Assembly (NCBI RefSeq): GCF_009914755.1
Contig: NC_060933.1
Direction: 5' to 3' (one strand)
Origin: the human T2T-CHM13v2.0 reference genome, Homo sapiens
DNA length: 64,000 nucleotides
Positions 1-12,785 of the stretch are shown piece after piece. The translations under genes and the position numbers were made by a program. Below the pieces are notes generated by a model. It made no database searches and was not told where the DNA came from. It saw only the letters and a program-made list of their open reading frames with translations. Positions within the stretch are counted from its first letter, which is position 1, and every line of letters begins with the position of its first letter.

Positions 1-47
1 CAGCCTGGGCGACAGAGCAAGACTCCATCTCAAAAAAAAAAAAAAAA
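1..47 (+). mobile_element. Alu 3' end and poly-A (cut by window edge)
   Basis: cagcctgggcgacagagcaagactccatctcaaaa... Confidence 0.9.
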
Positions 48-934
48 GTGATATTTGTTTCTAATCCTGTTGATATGGTGTATTACATTCACTGTTACTG
101 TTCAAAGTCACCAACAAATCATAGGCAGAACCAGCTTGAGATCCAGAGTGTCAATCTAAAATAATTTAAAAGGTTACGATCTGATTTAAAGAGAGTTTAT
201 TCAAGCACACAGTGTGAAGGTGGCCATCTGGGGAGCAGAGCTACAATGAAGAATGGTGATCAGTGCTTCAGTGTGTGGGGAAAAATGAGGACCATTTATA
301 CAGGCAAAACAGAGGTGCTGAACAGAACTACAGCACTGTCCGTACAAAGGCTGACATATGGATATACTGACTACACTCTAAGAGAGTTGTTTAACACTCT
401 ATTGTAAAAAGGCAACAGTCCCAAGGGTCTCTGTCTGCACCTCTTTTAGTCTAGGTTTGAATAAAGAGCAGAGAGTCTGGTTAATGTATAACATCTCAAT
501 GCAAAGGTCAGAAAGTAAAGGTCATGCACCAAAGAAGAAAAACAGTCATATTATGTGAGTCAGCTTCCAGGACTTTTCCCTTTGGCATAATAAATTTGGA
601 AGATCCTGAAACTTAATTTTCTTTTTATAAGAGGCTCCTAGAAACTGGACTAAGACTTCAAGTTCATCCTCTTAAACTGTACCCTGTTGCTGCCAAGGTG
701 CCAAGGCCCAACAGGGCCAAGACAAATGTCTGGGTCTACATTGAGCTTTACAAGAGACCCCCTCTTGGCACCCTGGAGAATGCTGGCTCTTGCTCCAGTG
801 AGAAGCTTGTTTTTTAGGTAAGGAAAGTGAAGCCCCTGGCACTAGGTTTAGAAGGCCTTCCTCAAGTCTGCAGACCCCCTCCACCAAGGGCTCTACAGTC
901 AAGGAAGTTATGCAGAACACACCAGAAAATCGCA

Positions 935-1270
935 CCAAGAATCAGGAAGATCTCAACTTGGATGAGAACAGACAATCAGTATGTGTGAATACCAAGATGC
1001 CAGATGTTGGAATTATCTGACAGTGGTTTGAAATAGCCATAATAATAATGTTTTAATAAGCAATTATAAACACACTTGAAACAAATGAAAAATTAGAAAA
1101 TCGTAACAAAAAAATAGAAGAAAGAAATCCAAGTGGAAGCTTCAACTGAAAAATATAATAACCAAAATTTAAAAACTCAATGTGTAGGCTCAACAGGTTT
1201 CAAAAGTGAGGAGAAAGAATCTATGAACAAAAAGAACAACAGAAATGACCAATCTAAACAACAGGGAGGG
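935..1270 (+). mobile_element. Old L1 (L1M) ORF1-region fragment
   Basis: A-rich; gatgttggaattatctgaca and cacttgaaacaaatgaaaaattagaaaatc are typical of L1M 5' ends. Confidence 0.6.
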
Positions 1271-1379
1271 GAATGAACAGAGTCAGAGAAGCAGAGGGGA
1301 AGCACTTGGGGTGAGTGCAGGGCAGTGCCTGTTTACCACCCTGATTGGAAGCATTTCAGTATTTTAGTTGGTATGGCTG

Positions 1380-2250
1380 TATCCCTGCATGCCTGTGGAT
1401 CATCAGTTTGGAGGCATAAAACCCCAAAAGGACAGGATTCTGGGAGCTTCCAGATAGCTGGCCACATGGAGATTCCTGGAGGGAGGCACGCCCAGAAAGG
1501 TCATGGAAGCTCCGTGCCCCTTCTTCCATTCCCTGCCCTATGTATTGCCTCCATCTGGCTGTTTATCTGCATCCTTTATTAATAAACAAGTAGGCCAGGT
1601 GCAGTGGCTCACATCTGTAATCCCAGCCCTTTGGGAGGCTGAGGCGGGCGGATCACAAGGTCAAGAAATCGAGACCATCCTGGCCAACATGGTGAAACCC
1701 CATCTGTACTAAAAATGCAAAAATTAGCTGGGCACGGTGGCATGCATCTGTAGTCCCAGATACTCAGGAGGCTGAGGCAGGAGAATCACTTGAACCCGGG
1801 AGGCAGAGGTTGCAGTGAGCTGAGAGCGCCACTGCACTCCAGCCTGGCGACAGAATGAGACTCCGTCTCAATAAGTAAATAAACAAACAACTAAATGTAA
1901 GTAAAGTGTTTACCTGAGTTCTGTGAGCTGCTCTAGCAAATTAATCAAGCCCAAGAAGGAAGTTACAGGAACCCTGATTTACAGCCAGTTTCTAAAGAAT
2001 GTATTAACCAGGTGACAGCCTACTACTTGCTACGGGCATCTGAAGTGGAGGGCAGTCTTGTGGGACTGGGCACTCAGCCTGTCTCCAGGTAGATAGTATC
2101 AGAATGGAATTGAATTAGAGGATGCCTAATTCACTGCCTAATACACTGCAGAATTGCTTGATGTATGGGGAAATGACCTTCACACATCCGTTATCAGACG
2201 TATTGTATTGAGTGGTGTGTGAGTAGAGGGAAAAACCACTTTTTCCCTAT
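1380..2250 (+). mobile_element. MER21-family LTR interrupted by an Alu
   Basis: catggaagctccgtgcccc...ccatctggctgtt...aataaac on one side and gtaagtaaagtgtttacctgagttctgtgagc...tctagcaaatta on the other match MER21. Confidence 0.7.
1593..1893 (+). mobile_element. Alu (AluSc-like), full length
   Basis: GGCCAGGTGCAGTGGCTCAC...ggatcacaaggtcaagaaatcgagacc...degenerate A tail. Confidence 0.93.
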
Positions 2251-4540
2251 ATCTTACATATTGAATGCCTTTCATTTTATTTTCTTGCCTAATTGCTGGG
2301 CCCTCCCATGCCTCCCACTCACTGCCCCCCTAATGCCTCACCTTCAACTCTCCCCACGGGAAAAGTTCACAGTCCCCCCCACTCCTGCCCACTTTGCCCC
2401 ATGAAATAACCACAGTACAAGACTGGACAGAGGATAAAGCCATCCAGGGGGCTGTAAGCTCTAAGGACTCGGGCCAGCTTGCCCTTAGGACAAGTCAGTA
2501 ACAACACAACTGAGTGTGTAAACAGGGGACCCCCAAGACCTTGGACCTCAGGAACACAGGACCCCAGACTTCACCTTGGCCAGTATGGGAGTGTGGGGTC
2601 TGTCGTTGACAAGGAATAAGTACCCTTATCCTGGCAAACCAGAGCTCACCTGTGGTTCATCAGGCTCCAGCCAGGAAGGAATGGCCAGGATGTGCCTGAC
2701 AGAGAGGCTGGGAGTCTTCTAGGGAATTTCCGCCTTGAAAGGAATTATACCAGGAATTGCAGGGATGCTGGAAATCCTAGATCTTAGGTAGTAGCAATGT
2801 TTATGCAATGAGGCCCAGTTGCAGCCTTAAAAATTGCATTGCAAAATCTTTCCCCCTGGATAAGAAACCAGCAAGAAAAGAAGTGCTAAGGTCAAAGACA
2901 GAATCCCAGGAGGAGTCAAATCTAAGGTCAAGGGTCACTCACGGCTCTCCTGGAAGTGAACTGAAGATGCAATGTCCAGCCTGCCCTAAGTCCATTTGCA
3001 AATAATCCTCCTTTGGCCTTATCCTTTCCACATTACACATTTGGATCTTTTTACACTCCCCCCGCCCCAACACATACACACATACACACTTAGTACTGAT
3101 GCAATTCCAGTGTTTGAACAAGAAAACTACAAGTCCCTAATAGTTGATCAAAGGAAACCTCAGTAAGCAAATCAACATGTTCCCTCTTCCTCCAAAGCAG
3201 TAGAAAGGTAGCCACTGTCTTGGGTCAGGAAATGGTCCCTGGAAGGGTATTTTTAAAGACACCCAGATTCCCAAGGGTGCTGCTATGCCGTGTGAAAGCC
3301 CCTTCAGCTGCTAACCTGGGAGTTCTGAGGGGCTGTCTCTGCTTCTTGCCCAAGCTGACGATACAGAAGTGAACATGGGCCCTGAGGAAGTCCTACTTTT
3401 CTCCCATCTCCCTTCTCCTGCAGTCAACACACAGGCACCCCTGCAAGATGCCTCATCTCTAGGAGGGATATGAGAGCCTGTATCTCCAATTAACACAGGA
3501 AGTGAAAGAACAAAACCACAGCTCCTAGGCTGTAACAGAAACAGGATTTTAATACAGTATTCATCTCTATTGTATCCATTTTTATAGTAAATAAATTTTG
3601 CCCCTCTTCAAAGCAGCCAGGGCTGGGGGAGAGCTCTTAGGGAGCGGGGACAGGAGTGTCTCATGTTCTCCTGGGCTTCAAGGGATCCCAGAAAAAGACT
3701 CACCTTGCTGTCCTTCTCATCTGGGCTGGAGGAGCCGGCCCAGGGTCCCTGGGGGGCCCAGCTGTGCCCTGCTGCGTACGTAGGGGTCACAGTTGAGCGT
3801 GCCTCGTGTCTGTCCAGCCACTGGTCCAGGGCTCTGCTCTGGGGGCCTGGTGGCTGGATGGGAGGGCAGGATGACCTGGAGGGGACTACCCCAGGGTCTC
3901 AGACTACCCTGCCACCCACTCTCACTCTGTGCTCCGGGCACTGTGCTGCGTGCTTGGTGTCCCGGTCCCGAGAGTGATCATTTAGCATCAGCCCATTTCA
4001 TAGAGGAGGAAAGCGAGGCCCTGAGAGGTGAGGTGCCCTGCCCCAGCCACAGGGCTGTTCAGTGATGGAGCCGGGAGCCCAGTGCCAGCTGTCCGACACT
4101 CCAAACCCACACTTAGCCCAAAGCTGCACTGAGCCCTGGGACAGTCCGCCCAGTACACCAGGTCACTCACAGGCACCTGAGCTTGACTGTGGCCTTTTCT
4201 CCTTGGCATTGAGGCCGTTGCTGGCTGACTCAGGTGGTGGTTCTGACTGGCAGGACTGCTTATAGCTACAGGACAGGGTGGCAGCCCTGAGACTACCTGG
4301 AGCCACACCTCAGCTCTCCCTCCCAATGCCTGCCCAGCACCTGCAGTCTGGATGGCCCAGCTGTCACCACATACTAGAGGATGACTCTGACCAGGAGCCA
4401 TAGCTTCAGGCTTCCTGCTGCTGGCCACCAGAGAGAGTCGACCCCTGCCCTCACCCAAGTCCTTCCCCAGCCTGATCTCTCATCCTCACTGAGCTGCTCC
4501 ATGGTCTGGAACCAGGTTCCAAAGTCCTCAGGTGGAAATT

Positions 4541-4579
4541 ATCTGCAGCCACCTGAGGCAGCTGCAGCTCCCTAATTAC
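4541..4579. repeat. 39-bp dispersed direct repeat, copy 1
   Basis: ATCTGCAGCCACCTGAGGCAGCTGCAGCTCCCTAATTAC; 38/39 identical to 5719-5757. Confidence 0.95.
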
Positions 4580-5718
4580 TGTGCATTCCTGGTGCCAGAG
4601 GGAAGAACAGCAGGGTGACAGGGCCCGGTGGGGGGTGCTGGAGGAGCCCTGGTGGGGGTGTGGAGTGGGGCTAAGGGTCTTGGCCTCTCTAGGTCTTTGC
4701 TTTTAAGAGGCTCCCACCTCCACTCCAATCCCATCCAGTCCCTACTTGTTCTCAGAGTTGGGTTCAAACAGTCCCTCCTCCAGGAAGTTGTCCTTGATTC
4801 CAGCGCCTACCCCCACCCTCCAGTGGGATGGTTCCTCCTCTGCTCTGTATCAAGCCCTCCCAATGAGTCTAAGATGTAGGGGATGGGTCCAGGGAGTGTC
4901 TGGCAGGCGGGGAGTCTCCGACTTCCACGCCCCCAGCCTCCCGCAGTGAATGCCACAGCTGCTTACCTAACTCCTTTCCTGGAAGTTGATCAGATTTGCC
5001 TGGAAGTCACACAGCCAAAGCCCATCAAAAAGTCCCTGGCCCCTGACCACCTCCCGACCACATTCCTCTCACGTTGCAGTACCAACAGGGTCCACCAGGG
5101 GGCAGGGCGTGCATACAAAATGGGACTTGAACCTGGGTCAGACTAGGCTCCAGAGGAGGCGGTCACGGCAGCGGAGGCTCAGGGACTTTAGAGCCCAGCC
5201 CTCTCTGATGACAGACAGGGAAACCGAGGCATCGAGCTGGAAGGGATTGTTCACCTACTCCCGTGCTCTCTAACTTCACTCTCCTGCCACCATGGACAGC
5301 GCCCGAGGGAGCGTCTGACTCCAGCGCAGCTACAATCTCCTGCAGCTGGGCAGCGAGGCAGCTGGGCCGCTTCACTACACGGGGAACGGGGTCTGGCGGC
5401 TCCGTGGAGCCTCCGTTCCCCTCATCAATACGGTGGGCGCGACGCCCGGCTCACAGGGGAAGTGTGAGGACCGCCTAAGAGGAGGTTTGCCGAGAGCTCA
5501 AGACTCGGTGAGGGGCTCTCTCCTCCCAAGCTCAGGACCCTGGCCCCGCCCTGCCCCTCCCCAGCCTCAATCGCATCTGGATAATCCTTCATCGCAGTGC
5601 CCAGCATCACCAGGTCAGATGGAATGGGCCAAGGAGGGGTCGGACCCTGTGCCCATGGGGTGGGGTGTTGATGAGCACTGGCTCTCCGGTACCGCCCTCG
5701 GGTTGATCAGATCAAACA

Positions 5719-5757
5719 ATCTGCAGCCACCTGGGGCAGCTGCAGCTCCCTAATTAC
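5719..5757. repeat. 39-bp dispersed direct repeat, copy 2
   Basis: ATCTGCAGCCACCTGGGGCAGCTGCAGCTCCCTAATTAC. Confidence 0.95.
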
Positions 5758-7584
5758 CTAATCAAATCCCTCACACTCAGCCTCCCGGACCCACCCAGGC
5801 CTCCCACGTGGAGCAGCCAAGATTTGCCCCCACCCAAAACCCGTCCCCACACCTCTCTGCGTCTAGCAAACTCGCTGTAGCCACTCCTACAGCCGGCTTT
5901 GGCAATCACAAAGGTTGTGAGGGGCCAGCCCTGGTTCTCCCTGCTCCTCTCCAACCCACCATCTCCACCCTCTGCGCCAGCCCAGCTCTCCCTGACCCTT
6001 GCTCTGGCCACTTCTGTTGGAGGCATTTCAGGCACTGCTGGAGAAGCAAGGCCCCCTCCTCTCTTGATGTGAGGCCTACGCTGGGAGGGAGGAGTCCTGC
6101 CCTCTGACTCCCAGGAGTTTCTCCCACCCCACCTGCAGCTGCTGCCTCTTCTGGGCTCTCTGGGGCTCCATCTCCAGGGTGGCCACCCTGAAGGTCCCCT
6201 CCTGCCAGGGTCGAGGGCAAGGTCAGTGAGGATATCCTCTTCACCCCTTTATTCTCCCAGCCCCCTGACCCTGGGGCCCTGGACACCTGGCCAGATCAGC
6301 TGGTACTAGTACTACTGCCACCACTTCTGGGGCGCTTTGATTCCAGCTTCACTCCCTTGGCCTCCCTGAACCTGTGTGTTTCCTCCTCTGGGAAAGTGCG
6401 GCAGGAACTCCACCTGCCTCACAGGCTCTCCTGAGCACCTGGTTCCTAGCACTCACAGCATTGTTCCTGCCATCACACCCCTCCCCCAGGGCAGAGCCAG
6501 GCACAAAGCCCTCCACATTCCTCTCCATTGTCACCATGTGAGTCCTGCACCACAGGGCCATCATCCCTCCACTTTTCAGATGAGAAAACAGAGGCCAAAG
6601 AGGAGAGTGACTTGCCCAGGGCCCCATAGGAGAGGCCAGCTTCCTCCTCCTAGCTGGAGGCCCCATCCCAGCTGCCTTCACCATGCCCCTCAGCACCACT
6701 GCTGACCAGGGTCCCATCCTCTGGGCTCTCGATGTGTGTCCAGGCCCCCAGCCAGGCCCAGCCGTGGTGGGAGAAGACAGGGTAGTCCCAGGAGGCCCAA
6801 ATGAGTGGCTCCTGCCTGCCTCAGCCACAGGATTCTCTGCCCCAAAGGCTGGGCTGAGGCCATGCAAAGGCTCCACCTCCCCAGGGAAACCCCCAGGAAG
6901 TTCCCCTGCACAGAACACTTTCTTCCTCCACTCAGGAAGGGGGACTCCGAGGTGCTATCTCTAATTGACAGGCTAGGGGTGCCCAGGGTGATGGGTGAGG
7001 CCACTTTGCTTCCTCTTTTGTGTGGATGCTTGTGAAATCCTCTCAGGAAGTAGCCACCGGGGATCCATTAGTCCCCATATACTCCTCATAAACCATCTGG
7101 GATATGTGTCATTGCAAATGAGGCATCAGGGCCGGAATCTGTGACTGATCAGCAGTGCCTGCTATGGTGCCAGAGAGGGCAGTTGCAGAGTGCACATACC
7201 TGTCCTCTACTCTAGCCATTTGGACCCATGGCTGGGCAGCCTTTTTGACTACCTGGCCTATGGGATTCCTCGGCAGTGCCCATCCCTGGTGCAGGCAGGG
7301 AGCCCCCTCCCCTTGGAGCTGCAGTCCAGACAGAAGAGCAGCTGGAGGCCAGCTTCCTGAGGACCCTCTACCTTCCCCATCTGCCAACAGCCTGGAGGGG
7401 GCTACCAGCCAGTGCGATGGGCCAGCCAGGGACCCAAGCCAGGGACCTGCTCAATCTGCCACCTCATCAAGCCCTCCTGGCTCAGCACAGCACAGCCACC
7501 ACTATGACCCATTGCTGGGACCTCCTGCTCTCTGAAGTGCCCCCCACCCCCACCCCGCCTGCCCATGGACCAGAGGGGTCCCTC

Positions 7585-7626
7585 TGCTATGAATCCAGAA
7601 AAGATGCTATGAATCCAGAAAAGATG
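7585..7626. repeat. Perfect 20-bp tandem duplication
   Basis: TGCTATGAATCCAGAAAAGA x2 plus TG. Confidence 0.92.
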
Positions 7627-8744
7627 GAGACTGAAGATTTTCAAAGAAACTCTCAATAAGAAACTGAAAAACCACACCCTGTCCAGTCCTTCCACCCTCT
7701 CAGTTCCCTCCCTCCCAAAGGCTTGCCCCCATCTCCTCCTCCACTTTGCCATGGTGAGCAGAACCCTGCACAGTGCACTATCTTACACACCTTGGAAATT
7801 TCTGGGACTGTTCCTGTGCAGAGGGGAAAGAAGGAAGGAGAAATTTGGGAATCACGGGGAGGGGTATGAGTGCAAATCCCATTTACTTAAGAAGTCACAG
7901 ACCCAAACACCCTAGATGAGAGGTTCCAACAGGTTCCTCTGAGTCTAAGGGCCCCATGAGACTGGGGAGGGGAGGGGAGTCTCAGGTTGGTCCACTGGGC
8001 CCCCACTCCCATTTCAGCTGAGCAGGTCTGTTTTGACCAGTTTTGATTTCAATCATCAGAGAAATTTGTTGCTGTGAGGTAAGCTCTTGATAGTCTCCGA
8101 TTTGGCCCCAGCCTATATCTGACAGGTAAGGAAAGGTAACCTAATTTGAAGCAGAACTGCTGGCCTAAGATCCCAGGGAGGCTCAGAGACCCCACCCAGG
8201 TTCCCAGTCCCTACCTCAAGGGTTCACAGCCTCCCAGTGCCTCCTAGGCTCACTGAGAGGCAATGCCCAGCCCAGCCCCGTGGATGTCCCTGATCCACCC
8301 TGGTGCTCCTATAGAGAGAGGCCTTCTCACCTGGAAACTTCTCTCCATGTGAACTGAGGTACTCTGCAGAGCAGAGAGGATGGTGTGGAGTGAGGAGAAG
8401 TTCTTGAGGACTCAGCACTCCTGGGGAGGAGGGAGAATGAGCCAGGAGGTGGGGAGCTGGAATCCCCCCTGCTCCACTCCAGCTCCTCCACTGACATCTC
8501 CCCTCCTGGAGGAGACAGAAGCCCCGGGGAGCTGTGACAGGGAGTAGGGGCACACCTGGGACCTAGTGAGCAACACTCACAGGGAAGGAGCCCAGTAGGA
8601 AGTGAGCATCCCATCTCTGAGACACATGTTCAAGGCCAGCATGCCCCTGACAGGAAGGCCTAGGGACTGTGTGGGGGCTTAGACCACAGACCACACACCT
8701 GAGAGCTGACAAGGAGGCCATTCCCAAGGCTGCAAGAGGGAGCA

Positions 8745-9083
8745 TATTAGTCCGTTTTCACACTGCTAATAAAGACACACCTGAGACTGGGAAATTTACA
8801 AAAGAAAGAGGTTTAATTAAACTTACAGTTCCACATGGTTGGTGGCTGGGGAAGCCTCACAATCATGGTGGAAGACGAGAAGCAAGTCACATCTTACATG
8901 GATGGCAGCAGGCAAAAAGAGCTTGTGCAGGAAAAGCTCCCCCTTATAATAACCATCAGATCTCGTGAGACTTACTGTCACGAGAACAGCACAGAAAGAC
9001 CTGCCCCCATGATTCAGTTACCTCCCACTGGGTCCCTCCCACAACACGTGGGAATTCAAGATGAGATTTGGAAGGGGACACAG
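8745..9083 (-). mobile_element. THE1 (THE1C-like) MaLR solo LTR
   Basis: tattagtccgttttcacactgct...gcctcacaatcatgg...ggatggcagcaggc...caagatgagatttgg...gggacacag. Confidence 0.85.
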
Positions 9084-11924
9084 ACGGGAGCTCCCTGGGC
9101 CTCCCACAGCAAACCTTGGCCACCTCGATTCAAAGTTGCACCACCCTGCGCCGGCCCGGGCCTTCACTCTCTGGTCTCTGCATCACATGGTGGTTCACTG
9201 AGGGCACCCAGCACATGATGACCCAGGACCCAATATTGGTAGGCACAGGAGAGTGGCATTTTCACTCAGCCCTTCCTCACTAACTCCAAGCACCAGAAAG
9301 TGGCTTATGCCTGTCCCTCCCCAGATGGCATCTGTCTCCTTCTTGATCAGCCATCTAGTCTGTCTCCCCATTTGGATACATGTCGTCTTCCCCAGGGGCA
9401 GCTTTGTTTCAGTGTCTGTCTTAGAATCCACATTAGGTGCCTAATAAGGGCTGAGGTGGGTGAGGTTTCCTGAGCACAAGTGGGCAACCCATGCACCTGG
9501 CTGCTCCTCAGTGAGCACCCTCCACCTACAAAGGGACCAGGCCCTGACCTGCCTTCCCTCTCTCCTCTCATTCTGCACAGTCACTGTGTGTGGCAGGTGC
9601 TGTTATGTCCCATCTCTGCCCTGTACATGTGGACAGTGAAGGTCTGGAGGTTAAGAATCTAGTCCAGGCCATATGGTTGGTAAGAGGTGGAGATGGGATT
9701 GGGCCCGCATCATTCGACTGAGGCTCAGGGAAAGGTCCCAGAGGGGAGGCTGTCCCAACCCTGCCCTGAGAGCCCAGCGCTCATTGCATCCATCAGAGTC
9801 AATTGCTCTGCCACCAGCATAGGAAAGAATCCCCCAGGAGGCTGGGGACCTCCTCACTGGGCCAGTTCTGTATGGTCCCAGGCTAGGGGCAGGAGTGCTC
9901 TGGGACTGATTCTATCTTGGGCTGTCACTGGAGCAGGCTCCTTCCCCGGAGTGCCCTCAGGGTACTTTTCTGGCCAGGTGCCCAGGATAGAAGAGATAGT
10001 GTTAGGGGGTGGGGGTGGGGGGCAGCAGAGTCACATACCTGGCCTTTCCTTCCACATTGCTCTTCTAGGGCACCTTGTTTGGATGTGGGCCCCTGTGCCT
10101 GCCCTGCCTGTCCAGAGACGGCCCCACCCAACCCCTCTGTGACTGTCCTGGCAGAGACAGCCCTGGTCTTCAGGCAGGGCAGGCATAGAACCTACATGGG
10201 CTGGGTCTTGCCAGTGACTCTTGCTCTGAAGGGCTACCTGCACCAGGAATGAGGTTTGAGGTAGAAGTGTGAGCGGGTTGCTCACTACAGCTCCTGTTCT
10301 AGGTCCCCTAGAGGTTGGGTCTGGAGGGGTGGATGTGGAAGGAGGCGGGCAGAGCTGGGATGGGACTGTGGTGGGGATGGCTCTGAGCCCCAGCCTCCCT
10401 TTCACTTCCCAGGGGACTTGGATCCTATCCATAACTCTCACTAACTAATTTCCTCCTGCAGAGGAAGCCCCCAGACCTCAGCCCTCTCATGGGAATCCTA
10501 AGATGTATGAGATCCAGGGTTCTGCCAGCCCCTCCCCAGCCACAGACTCCCATATGCCCCCAACTGTTCTGGGGAAACAGGAGCCTGTCCTTCTAGACCT
10601 GAAGTCCACTGACATTTTTAGTTGATCCTGAGGTCCATCATCTCTGTCAGAATATGGCAGGATGCATGTGTATCTGGAAGAGGCCAGGAGGACATCACAA
10701 TGTCAACATACTGTGGACGCAGCCTGCTTATGATGTCTAGTGCACCCATGACTCCCCAGCTAGAATTCAGACAATCCCCAGGGAGTGCCTTCTGCAGGCA
10801 GAAAAGTACCTGCACAAAGTAGGTGCTCAATGTATATTTGTTGAAAGAATGAACCCCAACCAGAATTTTCCCAGATATCTGAGTTAGCGTAGGGCCCCTC
10901 CACCAGCCCCCAGGGAGCCCTGTTCTGGGTACCCCAAGCACAGGGATCAGCCATGTGGAAACTCAAACCCTCTTCACAAATGGGAAAACAGGTTTGCTTT
11001 CCATATGCTTTCCCAAACATAGGAAGGCCATGAGTGAGGCAGAGAGCTACTTCGTGTTCAAAAAATAAATAACAGCCACAGCACATCTGGCAGCCATTTC
11101 CACAGAGCCAAGCACCAGGTCAGCACCTGCCATGGCTCACCCCATTTAGTCCCTGCAAGAACCCTGTGAGATTCATCCTCTTACCACCTTTCTTCTCAGA
11201 GGAGCAAATTGAGGCTAAGAGAGGTGCAGCAAAATTCCTGAGACACACAGCTAGCTGGTGGCAGAGTCCCCACTGTGCTGTCGAAGGGACAGGCTCCCAC
11301 CTATTGAATACCCAGTCCAGGAACTGTGGGGTAGAGACGAAGAACCAGTGGTTTCCCAGGAAGGTGGTGCTGTAGGGTATGTGTCTGCTCTGGAAGCCTG
11401 GTCCAGGGATGCCACCATATGCTCCTGAGTGCCCACCTGGAGGGTCCACATTGTGCAGATCTCGCCCAGGTGCAGGGTTAACTCATTTTTATACTGAGTG
11501 GGACAAGGAAGGACACAGAGTCAGAGGCAGCACCAAAAACCACCAGGAGAATCGTGAGCTAGAGCTCAGACCAGGAAGCCCCAACTCCTTGGGGACTTGT
11601 GTGTGAAGAGGGATGTGAGTGCCCACAGCAAGAGAGGTTAGCATTCCCCTATTAAGAGCTTGTATGAAGAGCATCACTCTAGTGCGTCCTAAAAAAATCC
11701 CCATTGTTGAGATGGAAAACAGAGGCTTAGGGATGTCAAATGGCTGCTCAAGGTCACACAAGACAGAACTAAGAACTGCCCAAAGCTAGGGCCGCATCAC
11801 CTTCCCCCTAAGCTACCTGAAGCTTAGTCTTCTTCTGGCATGGAGGGAGAGGATCTGGGGGAACCTCATTCCCCACCCCACTGCCCCCACCAAGTTGAGA
11901 GACCAGTTTACAGTGTGGATCCAC

Positions 11925-12289
11925 TGCTATGGTGTGCATGTTTGTCTTCTCTAAAACTCATGTTGAAGTGTAGTTGCCATTGTGACCATATTGGGAGATG
12001 GGACCTTTAAGAGGTGTTTAGGTCATGAGAGCTCTACCACCATGGGTAGATTAATGTGAGTATCGTGGAGGTGGGTCTGCCCCCTCTTGCTGTCTCTCAC
12101 TCTCTCTTTGCCCTTCTGCCCTGTGAAGCCTTCCGCCATGGGATGATGCAGCAAGAAGGCCCTCACCAGATGCCAGCATCTTGACTGTGGACTTCCCAGC
12201 CTCCAAAACTGTGAGAAATAAATTTCTGTACAATATAAATTACCCAGTCTATGGTGTTTTGTTGCAGCAGCACAAAATGGACTACAACA
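11925..12289 (+). mobile_element. MST-family MaLR solo LTR
   Basis: tgctatgg...aaaactcatgttgaa...gcaagaaggccctcaccagatgc...aataaatttct...gcagcacaaaatggact. Confidence 0.8.
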
Positions 12290-12785
12290 CCCACCCTAGG
12301 AGAGTCCTTTAGACTTCAAAGCAAGGCACTTAATTTTCTTTCTTTTACAATAAAGGCAGTCTTGAGAACCTGAGCTATGAGGATCCCAGATCCAGCAAAG
12401 GGGCGAATGCCTGGAGGTTCCAGGGTGCGAGAAGGGCTGTCACGGCAACAAGAACACGAGCAGACAACTGGGGGAAGAGAAAATCCAAATGGCTGGCAAA
12501 CAACTGACAGGTGCTCAAGCCTGTAAGTGGGAAATTAAAAAGCAAAGGAAGCATACGGTGGCATTTGCCACATGGACACCAGATTATCAGGAATGTAAAT
12601 GAATGACATCCCCCATTGTCAGGCTGGATGCAGGGAAGCAGCCACCATTGGAGACTGCTGTGGCAACGCAACTGCCACAGCCTCTCTGGAAAGTAATTTG
12701 GCTGAAGCGATTTAAGATTTCTCATATGCATACCCTTCCACCAGCAACCCTATGCCTGGAGTCTGTCTTCTGTAGGGAAGAAGTA

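Noticed and set aside
149-630. Probable antisense ERV1-type LTR
   Set aside because: LTR-like start (tgtcaatc...gtttattcaagc), but I cannot assign family or boundaries confidently.
5381-5421. Inverted repeat GGGGAACGG...CCGTTCCCC as a possible pre-miRNA
   Set aside because: The stem is too short and branched, and the right arm is MIR-derived.
4381-5753. Two ORFs ending in the same peptide (LQPP[E/G]AAAAP*)
   Set aside because: A by-product of the 39-bp DNA duplication; the upstream parts are unrelated, so there is no evidence of paralogous microproteins.
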